64,000 nucleotides of DNA from Vulcanimicrobiota bacterium (lineage in GTDB: Bacteria > Vulcanimicrobiota > Vulcanimicrobiia > Vulcanimicrobiales > Vulcanimicrobiaceae): positions 160,001 through 224,000 of the forward strand of contig CAWAXX010000023.1 in NCBI GenBank assembly GCA_963786105.1, in the 5' to 3' direction. The notes beneath the pieces are model-generated. The model was not told where the DNA came from and searched no databases. It worked only from the letters and a program-made list of their open reading frames with translations. The translations under genes and the position numbers were made by a program. Position 1 is the first letter of the stretch. Every line of letters begins with the position of its first letter. Positions 1 to 9,435 of the stretch are shown piece after piece.

Positions 1-2
1 TC

Positions 3-350
3 GGATACATCGCCGCCGTCGTTCTCGGCGTCATCGCTACCACCGCGGGGCGCTGGATCATCGACGTGGCGTGCCAGGTCGTGCCAAAGCAGCTCGTGCG
101 CGGAGAGTTCTTCGTTCTGGCGGCGGTGCTCACCGGCGTCGCCTACGTCGTATGCGTTCAAGCGCTCGGAATGGCCGTCGTGCCGGCGACTGCCGTCGCG
201 TTTTTGGTCGGTTTTGGTTTTCGCCTGATTTCGCAGGCACTCGGCTGGGAGGAGTGGGAGCCGTGGGCGCCGCCCGAGCTCAAAACCGGCGAGAAGGCGC
301 GTCACACGCTGGGTGCGGGACTGCGAGCCGAGCTCGACGACCACGATTAA
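3..350 (+). CDS. TRIC cation channel / UPF0126-family membrane protein, 5'-truncated by the window edge
   Basis: The frame is open from the window start: GYIAAVVLGVIATTAGRWIIDVACQVVPKQLVRGEFFVLAA, which resembles the G..T..GGG.IRD....P......Y motif of TRIC proteins; hydrophobic helices. Confidence 0.65.
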   Translation, partial: GYIAAVVLGVIATTAGRWIIDVACQVVPKQLVRGEFFVLAAVLTGVAYVVCVQALGMAVVPATAVAFLVGFGFRLISQALGWEEWEPWAPPELKTGEKARHTLGAGLRAELDDHD

Positions 351-358
351 GAGCGACG

Positions 359-730
359 ATGTTTGCGGCGTCAATCGGGTGGATAATGATCGTTTCGGGC
401 GCCATCACGGCCGGCGCGGGGTTAGCCGCGCTGCTGGTCCCCCGAGAACTTCTGCGGCTCGCCTTCGGCGTGACCGACGCCGCCGGCTCGACGATATTTT
501 TCGTACGGCATTGGGGTGTGTTGATCGGCGTTATCGGCGGATTGGTTCTATTCGGCGGCCTCGCCCCGGCGGTTCGCGATCCGGTTCTCGTCGCCGCGGC
601 CGGTGAGAAGGTGGCCATCGTCGTCCTGATTTTCTTCGGACCGCTGAAGCGTACGGCGGCGATGACGGCTATCGCGGCCATCGACGGTTTGTTTGCCGTC
701 CTCTACGTCGCATACTTAGCCGGTCTCTGA
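359..730 (+). CDS. hypothetical membrane protein (about 4 TM helices)
   Basis: ATG at 359, 8 nt after the upstream stop; hydrophobic C-terminal part of track ORF 71..730. Confidence 0.65.
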   Translation: MFAASIGWIMIVSGAITAGAGLAALLVPRELLRLAFGVTDAAGSTIFFVRHWGVLIGVIGGLVLFGGLAPAVRDPVLVAAAGEKVAIVVLIFFGPLKRTAAMTAIAAIDGLFAVLYVAYLAGL

Positions 731-741
731 GCGGTGCGCAG

Positions 742-1554
742 ATGATGTGGCGGAACCTGTGGTTGCTCTTGGCGCTCGCCGTGGCCATCGTGGCGTGGCA
801 GCTGACGCGCTGGATTACGCATGTAAACCACACTCCACGCCCCGTCGTGACGATCGTCTTCGACGAGCGGCCCGCGTTCCAATTCCAGCGGGTGCCTTTC
901 AGCCTAACCGCCCTGCAACGCGAACGGCACCAATTCCCCGAGATCGCTCTCACGGGAAGCGCTCGCGTCCTGTTTTTCGTTACGCCGTCGATGCGGTCGA
1001 TCACCATTCGCGGAATGGACGCGCGCGAGATCGCGTGCGCTGCGTTGAATGAGGCACCGGGAGCGACTGCCGCCATGCCGGCCGGCGACGCGAATATCGC
1101 GAACCTGGCGCCGATCTCGGTTCAAAGCAGCCGCGAAGGAGCGGTCATTGGGATTCCCAGCGCTATGAACGAGGCGCTTGCGCGGACGCCGGACCGCCGA
1201 GCCGGAATCTCGTGCAGGTTCGAACATCCGCTGGCCATGAAGCCTACGTTCACCGAAAGGGCTATAACGGTCCGAGCCGACACGGCACCGGGCGGAGCCG
1301 TTCTGCTGGACGTGGCCGCGCTGGAGGACATCGACGATTTGCGCTTCTCCGGCGGTCTTCAAGCACCGCTCGGGGGCGACCGTACGCGGCTCGTCTACAG
1401 CGGTGACGACGTCGTTTCGGCCGAATGGGTGGACGTTACGGCACAGGAGCAGCGCGACATCGTTCTCGTCCTGATCGGCGCGCTCTCGGCGATTGCGGCG
1501 GCCACCGCCATCGAGGCCATCCGTCCCGCCGTCGAGCGGCGGACGAAGACGTAG
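742..1554 (+). CDS. hypothetical membrane-anchored protein (N- and C-terminal TM helices)
   Basis: 270-aa ORF with operon-like spacing and hydrophobic termini. Confidence 0.65.
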   Translation: MMWRNLWLLLALAVAIVAWQLTRWITHVNHTPRPVVTIVFDERPAFQFQRVPFSLTALQRERHQFPEIALTGSARVLFFVTPSMRSITIRGMDAREIACAALNEAPGATAAMPAGDANIANLAPISVQSSREGAVIGIPSAMNEALARTPDRRAGISCRFEHPLAMKPTFTERAITVRADTAPGGAVLLDVAALEDIDDLRFSGGLQAPLGGDRTRLVYSGDDVVSAEWVDVTAQEQRDIVLVLIGALSAIAAATAIEAIRPAVERRTKT

Positions 1555-1614
1555 CCTCGATTTCGAAGCATCGAACCACGAACGGAGTTTTTCGCACGAC
1601 ACGGGAGATTATCG

Positions 1615-1737
1615 ATGAAGAACGCTGACGGCGGCGACGCGCCGCTGATAGGCACCTTGCGATTCGTTTTGGTGATGGGCATCGCGTTTGTGCTACTGTG
1701 GTTCGGTATGTTCGCCTTGCTGAAGGGGCGATGGTAA
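1615..1737 (+). CDS. cbaD: ba3-type cytochrome c oxidase subunit IIa (40 aa, not in the ORF track)
   Basis: MKNADGGDAPLIGTLRFVLVMGIAFVLLWFGMFALLKGRW; single TM helix; GGGAG upstream; stop abuts the cbaB start. Confidence 0.75.
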   Translation: MKNADGGDAPLIGTLRFVLVMGIAFVLLWFGMFALLKGRW

Positions 1738-2205
1738 GTGCATATTCATAAATACGAGCGCTGGTGGCTGACGTTCGGCGTCGCCATGTTGATCGTTTTT
1801 TTAGGAGTGATCGCGTTTGCGGCCGTCGTCGACAACATCAATCCGCCGAGCGGGATGGCCCAGATCGATCCCACAAAGGTAGCGCAGACGCCGCCCTTCG
1901 ACAAGCCGGGGTTACGAAAACTTCCGGATGGATCGTACGAGGTCTACTACGTCGCCCAGGTTTTTGCGTTCGTCCCGGCGAGCATTACGCTTCCCGTCGG
2001 GAGCAAGGTGACGTTCTACGTCACCAGTCCAGACGTCGTCCACGGATTCTTCATTCCCAACACCGACATCAATATGATGGCAGTCCCCGGCTGGGTCAAC
2101 ACGGCAACCCACAGGTTCGTTCATGCCGGCCAGTACTTGCTCGTCTGTCACGAATACTGCGGGATCGGCCATCAAAACATGTTCGCCAAAATCGAGGTGC
2201 GCTAG
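1738..2205 (+). CDS. cbaB: ba3-type cytochrome c oxidase subunit II
   Basis: MHIHKYERWW start, one TM helix, DVVHGF and CHEYCGIGHQNM CuA motif. Confidence 0.92.
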   Translation: MHIHKYERWWLTFGVAMLIVFLGVIAFAAVVDNINPPSGMAQIDPTKVAQTPPFDKPGLRKLPDGSYEVYYVAQVFAFVPASITLPVGSKVTFYVTSPDVVHGFFIPNTDINMMAVPGWVNTATHRFVHAGQYLLVCHEYCGIGHQNMFAKIEVR

Positions 2206-3854
2206 TGGACACGCCGAGAGAACGCTCGATGCCCGACCAGGTTCGCAACGAGAACTATCTCGTCATCGCGCACGTCTACACGGCTACGGCGGCGATTGCG
2301 TTGGGCGCCATCTTCGGCGTGTTCCAAGGTTTTTCGCGAGCCGGCGCATTGAACGCGCCGGGGTGGTTCGATTACTACCGGATCTTGACCATGCACGGCG
2401 TGTTGATGGCGCTCGTATTTACGACGTTTTTCATAACCGGGCTGTCGCTTTTCGTTGTCTATCGTGCGATTCCGCGCCCGCGCAAGCTGGCCGTAGGATG
2501 GTTCGGGTGGTGGCTCATGCTGATCGGCACCGCGATGGCCGCGGTGACGATCGTCAAGGGCGACGCCACCGTGCTGTACACGTTCTACGCTCCGCTCAAA
2601 GCCAGCCCGTGGTTCTACGTCGGCGCAACGTTGCTGGTGCTGGGTACGTGGGTCGTGGCCTTCGAGATCTTCGAGAACGTCGGCTTTTTCCGAAAGGCGA
2701 ACCCCGGTAAAGCGGTGCCGCTCGTAGTATTCTGTGCCGCCGCAACGTTCGTCATGTGGATCGTTGCGACCCTCGGCGTCGTGGCCGAAATGGGACTGCT
2801 GATACCGTGGGCTTTTGGATGGACGCCCGGCGTCAACGTCATGCTGACTCGCATGTTCTTCTGGTACTTCGGCCATCCGCTGGTGTATTTCTGGATCATG
2901 GGTGCGTACATCATCTGGTACAATATCATTCCGACCCGGTACGGCGGAAACGTGTTTAGCGACGGGCTCACGCGTCTGACGTTCATCATGCTCATCCTGC
3001 TTTCGACTCCGGTCGGCATCCATCACGAGTTCTTGGAGCCGGGCATCTCCTCGGTTTGGAAGATGCTGCACACCGTCACCACCTACGGCGTCGCGATCCC
3101 ATCGTTCATCACGGCGTTTGCCATCTTCGCTTCGTTCGAGCTGTACGCGATCAAACGCGGCAGCCGCGGGTTTCTCGCTACGATTAAAGCGTTGCCGTGG
3201 AACGATCCGACGTTCAGCGGAGCGGCGCTTGGAATGCTGCTCTTCATCTTGGGCGGTTTCGGCGGTTTGGTAAACGCGTCGTACAGCATGGATACCGTCG
3301 TGCACAACACGATTTGGATCGTCGGCCACTTCCACGTAACCGTGGGCGGACCGGTCGCGCTGACGTTTCTCGGCGCCGCGTATTGGCTGATCCCACGACT
3401 GACCGGGCGTTCACTATGGAGGCCGGAGTGGGCGCTTTTCCAAACCCGGCTCTGGTTTTTCGGAATGCTGATCATGTCGATATCGATGCACGTCGCCGGT
3501 TTGCTGGGGGCGCCGCGCCGTACCGCTAACGTCGATTATCTAGGCGCGGCGACCGCGCAAACGTGGCAACCGTACATGTTGTTGGCAGCGGTGGGCGGCT
3601 TATTCCTTTTCCTGAGCATCGCCGTCTTCGTCACGGTCGCCATCGGCACGCTCGTGCAGAACGAGAAGACCGAGCCGATCGTTGCAGAGTTCGCGACGCC
3701 GGCGAGCGCGAGCGATACGACGCCGCCCATTTTCCAACATCTGTTCCGCTGGGGATTGGTTGCGCTGGGTTTGGCGGTTCTGGCGTACGCTGGTCCGCTG
3801 GGCGAGCTGTTGCGCCATCCAGGATATCTCGCTCCGGGGATGCGAACCTGGTAA
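2205..3854 (+). CDS. cbaA: b(o/a)3-type cytochrome c oxidase subunit I
   Basis: YYRILTMHG, FWYFGHPLVY, GIHH, VHNTIWIVGHFH heme-copper motifs of the B family; GTG overlaps the cbaB stop (alternative ATG at 2229). Confidence 0.92.
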   Translation: MDTPRERSMPDQVRNENYLVIAHVYTATAAIALGAIFGVFQGFSRAGALNAPGWFDYYRILTMHGVLMALVFTTFFITGLSLFVVYRAIPRPRKLAVGWFGWWLMLIGTAMAAVTIVKGDATVLYTFYAPLKASPWFYVGATLLVLGTWVVAFEIFENVGFFRKANPGKAVPLVVFCAAATFVMWIVATLGVVAEMGLLIPWAFGWTPGVNVMLTRMFFWYFGHPLVYFWIMGAYIIWYNIIPTRYGGNVFSDGLTRLTFIMLILLSTPVGIHHEFLEPGISSVWKMLHTVTTYGVAIPSFITAFAIFASFELYAIKRGSRGFLATIKALPWNDPTFSGAALGMLLFILGGFGGLVNASYSMDTVVHNTIWIVGHFHVTVGGPVALTFLGAAYWLIPRLTGRSLWRPEWALFQTRLWFFGMLIMSISMHVAGLLGAPRRTANVDYLGAATAQTWQPYMLLAAVGGLFLFLSIAVFVTVAIGTLVQNEKTEPIVAEFATPASASDTTPPIFQHLFRWGLVALGLAVLAYAGPLGELLRHPGYLAPGMRTW

Positions 3855-3868
3855 CGCCGTGGTGCGTG

Positions 3869-4099
3869 GTGTCATCCTGAGCGGAGGGCCGCGGGCGCGG
3901 TCGAAGGATCGTTTCGAATTACTCGCCACCCTCGGGACGTTCGCGTTTTCGCGTCCGTGCGAAAACGCTACTCGGCTGGCGCGTCGCTCCCGGCATCCGT
4001 GCCTCCGCTCCGCGTCCAGACGCCCTCGGTTCGGCGAGTAATTCGAAACGATCGTCCTCGACTGCGCTCGCTATCGCCTCACTCCGCTGAGGATGACAC
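3869..4099. repeat. structured intergenic repeat, copy 1: terminal modules, 21-bp inverted arms and 96-nt core
   Basis: GTGTCATCCTGAGC...GGATGACAC ends; arms 3907-3927 and 4033-4053 are perfect reverse complements; core 3932-4027 recurs at 27483 and 38480. Confidence 0.9.
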
Positions 4100-4149
4100 G
4101 GGCTGCGGAGTCCTTCGACTGCGGCGCGGAGCCCGTGCTGAGCCACCGG

Positions 4150-5046
4150 TCAGCGGTGTCTCACCGTGCAGATGGGCACTGGACTCGATCGCATCACGCC
4201 TTCGGCGACGCTGCCGAGAATGAATCGCGGGATGCCTGCGCGGCCGTGCGTGCCGACAACGACGACGTCGGCTTGCGCTTGCTGCGCCGATGCCACGATC
4301 TCCGCGGCGGCATCTCCTTCGCGAAGGTCGGTGTCCACGGCGATTCCCAGAGACGATGCGCGTACGCGACTTCTCTCGAGCAGCGGTCGCGCTCGTTCCT
4401 CGATCTCGGCTTCTAGGAACAGGTCGCGGTCAGGACCGTCCCAATCGAGTCCGGTAGCCTCAGCGACCGTACAAAGAGTTAAACGCGCGCGCTCGCGCTG
4501 CGCCAGTACGCAAGCGAATGCGAGCCCGTCGTCGGCGGCGGGCGAACCGTCGATGGCCACGAGCACGCGCTCGAGCGGTCCGGGCTTCGCGGCAGCGACC
4601 GCGCGCTGCGGAACGACGAATACCGGAACGGCGGAGGCGCGGACGACTTCATCCGCGGTACTGCCGAGCGCAAGCCGTTCGAAGCCCTGCCGCCCGCGCG
4701 TCCCCATGACGATGACGTCCGGATTGGTTTGCCGGGCGAACGTCAGAATAGCCTGCCCAGGCGGGCCTTCGAGCCTAGCGCGCTTTGCGCTAACTCCGGC
4801 GGCGCGCACCGCCGATTCCGCGCTGCCGAGAACGGCCTCAGCCTCGCTCTCGAGCGCTTCGAACATTGGCGTGGCGTCGACATACGAATACGGCGCCGCG
4901 GTGGCTGTGGCTACCGAGAGCCGATTGACGGCAAACGCAACGGTGATTTTCGAGTTGTGGATTTTCGCTCGCTCGATGGCAAACTCGAGGGCCTTGCCCG
5001 ATACCACCGAACCGTCGACCGGAACCATGATGCGCTCGAATACCAT
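4150..5046 (-). CDS. universal stress protein with tandem USP domains
   Basis: FERIMVPVDGS, IVMGTRG...LGSTAD, VVVGTHGR...LGSVAE; GGAGG RBS before the ATG at 5046. Confidence 0.9.
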   Translation of the reverse strand: MVFERIMVPVDGSVVSGKALEFAIERAKIHNSKITVAFAVNRLSVATATAAPYSYVDATPMFEALESEAEAVLGSAESAVRAAGVSAKRARLEGPPGQAILTFARQTNPDVIVMGTRGRQGFERLALGSTADEVVRASAVPVFVVPQRAVAAAKPGPLERVLVAIDGSPAADDGLAFACVLAQRERARLTLCTVAEATGLDWDGPDRDLFLEAEIEERARPLLERSRVRASSLGIAVDTDLREGDAAAEIVASAQQAQADVVVVGTHGRAGIPRFILGSVAEGVMRSSPVPICTVRHR

Positions 5047-5284
5047 GGAACGCCCCCTCCGCTTGTGCATGGCGACGATCGAAATTGGCGCATCGATGGG
5101 AAGAGAAGATGAACGGCCGTTCACAACCGCTTCGTCGCGGATGCCTATCGGCGCAATCGGGTCCTGCTCACGGCTTTCCAAATCGACATGTCGTGAAGTA
5201 GTGAAGAAAAAAGATTCGGCGCCGTTCTAAAAAGACCCGTGCGTGCTGACGGAACTTCCGACCGGCCTGCCGTAGCAGTACGCG

Positions 5285-5764
5285 ATGAGGTGCTACTTCC
5301 TTCGACACGGGGTGGCGGTCGATCCGGACCAGTGGGAGGGTGACGACGCCGATCGTCCGCTCACCGCCGAGGGAAAAGAGCGTATGGCGCGCGAGGCTAA
5401 AACCATCGCGGAACTCTCGCTCGAGTTCGATGCGATAATCACGAGCCCGTTGCTACGCGCCAAGCAAACCGCCGACATCGTCGCCGACAAAATGAAGATA
5501 CGGAGCCGGCTCGTCGAAGACCGGCGCCTTGGCTTTGCCTTCGACTCGCGCGCGCTCAAGGGAATTCTTTGCGAGCGCCCCGGCGCATCGGCCATCATGC
5601 TGGTGGGGCACGAACCGAGTATGAGCCGAGCTATCGGCGAGGTCGTCGGCGGAGCCAGAATCGACTTGAAGAAGGGGAGTTTAGCATGCGTCGACTTCGA
5701 CAATCCGGCGTCGCTGGTAGGCGAGTTGGTGTGGCTAATACCGCCCAAGGTGCTGGCGCTTTAG
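5285..5764 (+). CDS. sixA: phosphohistidine phosphatase SixA
   Basis: LRHG, RPLT..G, SPLLRA.QTA and LVGHEP motifs. Confidence 0.88.
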   Translation: MRCYFLRHGVAVDPDQWEGDDADRPLTAEGKERMAREAKTIAELSLEFDAIITSPLLRAKQTADIVADKMKIRSRLVEDRRLGFAFDSRALKGILCERPGASAIMLVGHEPSMSRAIGEVVGGARIDLKKGSLACVDFDNPASLVGELVWLIPPKVLAL

Positions 5765-5944
5765 GGAGAGACGACGATGAGATTTGCTAGCGTTGCATTC
5801 GTCGCGACCGTGCCTTTTTGCGGAAAAATGCGCCGCCTGCTGTCGAACCCGGCGGCGCGGCGATCTACGTTCCGGGCGTAGACGGTTTCGTTCGCAAGCT
5901 CGATGCCGCGACCGGTCATCAGCTGAGCGCCCCTGGTTGACGTC

Positions 5945-6952
5945 TTATTCCCTGCCGGGGAAATGAGCGGACTGGGCGGCGAGCGTTCGTAAGTTCGCTT
6001 GAGGCCGCGCGCCGAAGTGACCGATGACTTCGGACGCGGCGAGGCTGCCGAGCCGGCCGCAGGCGCCAAGCGGCAGACCCTGTGTTAGGCCGAACAGGAC
6101 GCCGGCTGCGTACAGATCGCCCGCACCGGTCGTATCCACCACTTTGGCAACCGGTTCCGGCCGAACCTCGATCGCGTCGTCCTTCGTAACGATGAGCGAA
6201 CCGTTCGATCCACGGGTGACGGCGGCGAGCTCGGTCATGGTTCGAAGGCGTTCGACGGCGTTGTCGAGGCGATCGGTTTCAAGAAGCTCCGCTATTTCCG
6301 CCTCGTTGCCGAAAAGGACGTCGACGTGATGGTCGACGAGATGGAGAAATTCGCCTCGATGCCGTTTGACGCAAAACGGATCGGACAGCGATAGCGCGAT
6401 CCTCCGACCCGAAGCGTGGGCGATCTCGGCGGCCATGTGGAATGCCTGCTGCGCCGATGGCTCGTCGTACAAGTAGCCTTCGAGATACGTTATCGCGGCG
6501 CCGCGAATCATGTCGCCGTCCACGTCACTGGGACCGAGGCTCGCGGCGGCGCCGAGAAACGTGTTCATCGTCCGCTGCGAATCCGGGGTGACCAAGACGA
6601 GGCAGCGCGCCGTCGCCGGCCCATCGGCAGCCGCCGGCGTCGAAAACCGTGCGCCCACCGCCGTGATGTCGTGCCGGAACTCTCGGCCTAGCGCGTCGTC
6701 GCGCACTTTGCCGATGAAACCGGTTCGACCGCCGAACGACGCGATGCCGGCGACGGTATTCCCGGCGGAGCCGCCCGAGGTGACGACCGCGGCTCCCATC
6801 GCGGCGTAGAGCGCTTCGGCTTGCGACTCGTCGATCAGCGCCATGGAGCCCTTGCGCATGCCGTGTTCGGCAAGAAAGGCGTCGTCAGCCGCAGCGATGA
6901 CGTCGACGATCGCGTTTCCAATGCCGACGACGTCGAACGAATCCGGGAACAT
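5945..6952 (-). CDS. adenosine kinase (PfkB family)
   Basis: GIGNAIVD, SGGSAGN, DTTGAGD; AAAGGAGG RBS before the ATG at 6952. Confidence 0.88.
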   Translation of the reverse strand: MFPDSFDVVGIGNAIVDVIAAADDAFLAEHGMRKGSMALIDESQAEALYAAMGAAVVTSGGSAGNTVAGIASFGGRTGFIGKVRDDALGREFRHDITAVGARFSTPAAADGPATARCLVLVTPDSQRTMNTFLGAAASLGPSDVDGDMIRGAAITYLEGYLYDEPSAQQAFHMAAEIAHASGRRIALSLSDPFCVKRHRGEFLHLVDHHVDVLFGNEAEIAELLETDRLDNAVERLRTMTELAAVTRGSNGSLIVTKDDAIEVRPEPVAKVVDTTGAGDLYAAGVLFGLTQGLPLGACGRLGSLAASEVIGHFGARPQANLRTLAAQSAHFPGRE

Positions 6953-6984
6953 CGACCCTCCTTTCCTCACCGAGGTGCTGTAGG

Positions 6985-8778
6985 TCAATACGAAAGGGGT
7001 GCGTTCGTCGACATGTTCGTTAGATGCCAGCGAACGTTGTCGAATATGCGGTCTTCAGTGACATTGCCTGCGAGCGTTCGGAACGTTGGGTCGGTTTGGT
7101 TCCAATAGGCAATCAACGCCGAGGCGTACTCGTATTCCTTGACGATGTCCGAATGCTCGACGCCGGCGGCGTCGGTGCCCAAGAGGCAACGGACGCGCCG
7201 CTCGAGGAGATACTTCAACGACGCATTTCCAAGAATCGTGCCGACGGCGAGCTCGTCGTTCGGGTCTCTGACCAGCACGCCGAGCACGTCGTTGAGGGCG
7301 AAGTTGGTCTCTGCGTTGGTCAGCGCGGGCGCGACGTCGTGCATGATGGCCGTCTCGCCAAGCGGCATACGCGAGATCGGATACGCGCCGGTCGCGACGT
7401 TGCTTTCCAAGTTGACGTCGGCCTCGACGCCTTCATCGTGCATCGCAGCAGCCTGCACGTCGTTTGCCCACGTGTCATGTGCGAGGCGAAAGACCAAGTA
7501 CCTCGGTGCGTCGGGGTGAGCGTTCTTGAACCGAGCGACCGCGCCGAGCAGCGCCGTAATATTCAGGCCGGCTTCGGCGGCGTTGCTCAGGGTCGTCGGG
7601 AAGGATGCGAAGGCGTTTTCAAAAGTCCACGGCTGAGCCGGCGGGACCGGCGCGTAGTCGATGACGCCGCCCTCGCCGACGTGCGTGTGCACCAGCAGCT
7701 TCCCTTGCCATCCCGACGAACGGCGCGCCTTGGCCGCGTCGTACACCGCCCCGATCAGCCGGCGGTAGTACTCCATGCCTGGAGGCGTAAAGCACGTGGT
7801 TTCCGGCCCAGCCGTATCGATACCGACGACCGTGTCGTAAAAGGCTGCCCGGCGCGTCGCGTCGATTACCGATTTGCCTTCATCGTCTTGTCCGAGAAGC
7901 GCACGATAGATGGTTGCGGGATCGGTGCGCAACGCCGCCGGAAGGTCGACGGGCGCGCAGTGCCCGGCCTTAGACCACTCGCTGTACTGATTTCCTCCGG
8001 ATAGGGTGGCAAGTTGAGCGGTGTGGGTCATCAGGACGAACGTGACGACCGGCATAACCCTTTGCATCGTTTGCAACCCGGCGATCAGCCGGGGATCGCG
8101 CCGCGCGTCCATCGCGCATTCGATCGTATTCAGACGGTCGGATCGGCCATTTGCGAATCCCCACCCGCCGATGAACGGCAGCGATTGCTCGGAGATCTCG
8201 ACGTTGGTGGCGGCCAGGTCGAGAACGCTCGCGCGGCACAAGTCGGCGTTGAGACGTTGGCCGTCGCCAGCGTAGAACCGCGAACTGAGATAGTCGTACG
8301 CCGGACCGCCGCGAAAGGCGTACGCACTGTCGAACTCGGACCACGGAGTTGCGGTCAGAATGCGTTCGAGCGCACCGTCGAGATTGACAACGCTGCCGGA
8401 GACTCGATTCCGGTAGACGACCAGCGCCGCCCGAGCGCCAAGCGAGAAGCGCTGCCCGTCGGGCGGCGAGAAGAGCCGGTTGCCGAGCGCGGCCTGGTGC
8501 GCGGGATACCACACGTCGGAGAGGTAGCGATAGAGCGCAAGCCGGTCGTCGAAGGTCACGGCGTTCGACGAGTCCGAAACGCGTGCGATGAACGCCGGCA
8601 AATTCGCGTACGCGTAGTAGGGAAGAATTCCGGTGAAATGATTGTGCGCATCGAAAAACACCGGCTGCCGGTGCGAATAACGAGCCGTTTCGGGGTAGAC
8701 CGCCGCCTCGGCACCGCTTTCGGCGAAGATGCTCGAGCCCAGAAGCACGATCTGCGCCAACGCCACGAGCGCTCGCAT
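6985..8778 (-). CDS. secreted adenosine/AMP-deaminase-like metallohydrolase
   Basis: Signal-peptide-like MRALVALAQIVLLGSSIFAESGAEA; DAHNH, GIDTAGPE, HTHVGE, RLAH, GTDAAG motifs. Confidence 0.7.
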   Translation of the reverse strand: MRALVALAQIVLLGSSIFAESGAEAAVYPETARYSHRQPVFFDAHNHFTGILPYYAYANLPAFIARVSDSSNAVTFDDRLALYRYLSDVWYPAHQAALGNRLFSPPDGQRFSLGARAALVVYRNRVSGSVVNLDGALERILTATPWSEFDSAYAFRGGPAYDYLSSRFYAGDGQRLNADLCRASVLDLAATNVEISEQSLPFIGGWGFANGRSDRLNTIECAMDARRDPRLIAGLQTMQRVMPVVTFVLMTHTAQLATLSGGNQYSEWSKAGHCAPVDLPAALRTDPATIYRALLGQDDEGKSVIDATRRAAFYDTVVGIDTAGPETTCFTPPGMEYYRRLIGAVYDAAKARRSSGWQGKLLVHTHVGEGGVIDYAPVPPAQPWTFENAFASFPTTLSNAAEAGLNITALLGAVARFKNAHPDAPRYLVFRLAHDTWANDVQAAAMHDEGVEADVNLESNVATGAYPISRMPLGETAIMHDVAPALTNAETNFALNDVLGVLVRDPNDELAVGTILGNASLKYLLERRVRCLLGTDAAGVEHSDIVKEYEYASALIAYWNQTDPTFRTLAGNVTEDRIFDNVRWHLTNMSTNAPLSY

Positions 8779-8786
8779 CACGTTGC

Positions 8787-9380
8787 TTACCAAAACCGTT
8801 CGCCGATCCACCCGTCTTCGAGTTCGGCAACGCGCTCGCGATCGAGTTCGGTCGGACAGTTTCCGCCTTCGAGCTCGCAGGCTTCGTCGCGATAGGCGAT
8901 CCACGCGCGTTCCGAGGAGGACAGCGACTGCTGCTGGGCGGGCGTGATTCGCGTGCGCAAGAGCCCGTCGACGCGATCGAGTTCGCGTGACGCACCGCGG
9001 GAGACCGGCTCCGGCGGCGCCGCGGGACGGCCCGCGGAAAGCGCATCGAGCATCGCGTGCAGCCGGAGGTTTCGCGCGCGAGTCATTCGATCCGCGCATT
9101 CCGACGCGATCATCGGCGCGATGCTGCCGCCCTCGTACAGCGCCGCTTCAAAAGCGCAGGTTGCATCGCGCGCCGCGCCCCAGGCGGCTTGCACGCGCGC
9201 CAGCGGCTTCGCGCCGGCGCCAAGCCTTCGAATTTCGGCGTCGACGAGCGCCGTCGCATCGCGCAGTTCCGAATCGGCTTGCGTTGCGCGCGCGGCCCAG
9301 CACGCGTCGAGAGCGCGCTGCGTTTGAGCGGCCTCGCACGGCGCCGCCGTGACCGCGGCCAACAAGATGCCGTAAATCAT
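8787..9380 (-). CDS. lysozyme inhibitor LprI (DUF1311) family protein with tandem domains
   Basis: C..A.TQ.....C, Q.AW...RD..C and GGSIAPM...C motifs, then a second ERAWIAYRDEAC repeat. Confidence 0.8.
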   Translation of the reverse strand: MIYGILLAAVTAAPCEAAQTQRALDACWAARATQADSELRDATALVDAEIRRLGAGAKPLARVQAAWGAARDATCAFEAALYEGGSIAPMIASECADRMTRARNLRLHAMLDALSAGRPAAPPEPVSRGASRELDRVDGLLRTRITPAQQQSLSSSERAWIAYRDEACELEGGNCPTELDRERVAELEDGWIGERFW

Positions 9381-9435
9381 CGGACCTTTCGAAGTAGCGT
9401 AGGAGTCGCCGGCGTAAAACTTCAAAGCATCTACC

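Noticed and set aside
1764..2204. Long N-terminal extensions in the ORF track (cbaA, also 6985..9099, 30083.., 36194.., 39943.., 43067.., 61250..)
   Set aside because: They overlap well-supported upstream genes; internal starts coupled to the upstream stop or RBS fit better.
3932..4027. Repeat core as a tRNA, hammerhead ribozyme or CsrA-sponge sRNA
   Set aside because: No cloverleaf or T-loop and no CUGANGA/GAAA core. The ANGGA loops resemble CsrA sites, but two loops are not enough to call it.
5765..5944. Possible small gene or RNA between sixA and adenosine kinase
   Set aside because: Short ORFs lack motifs and I found no convincing structure.
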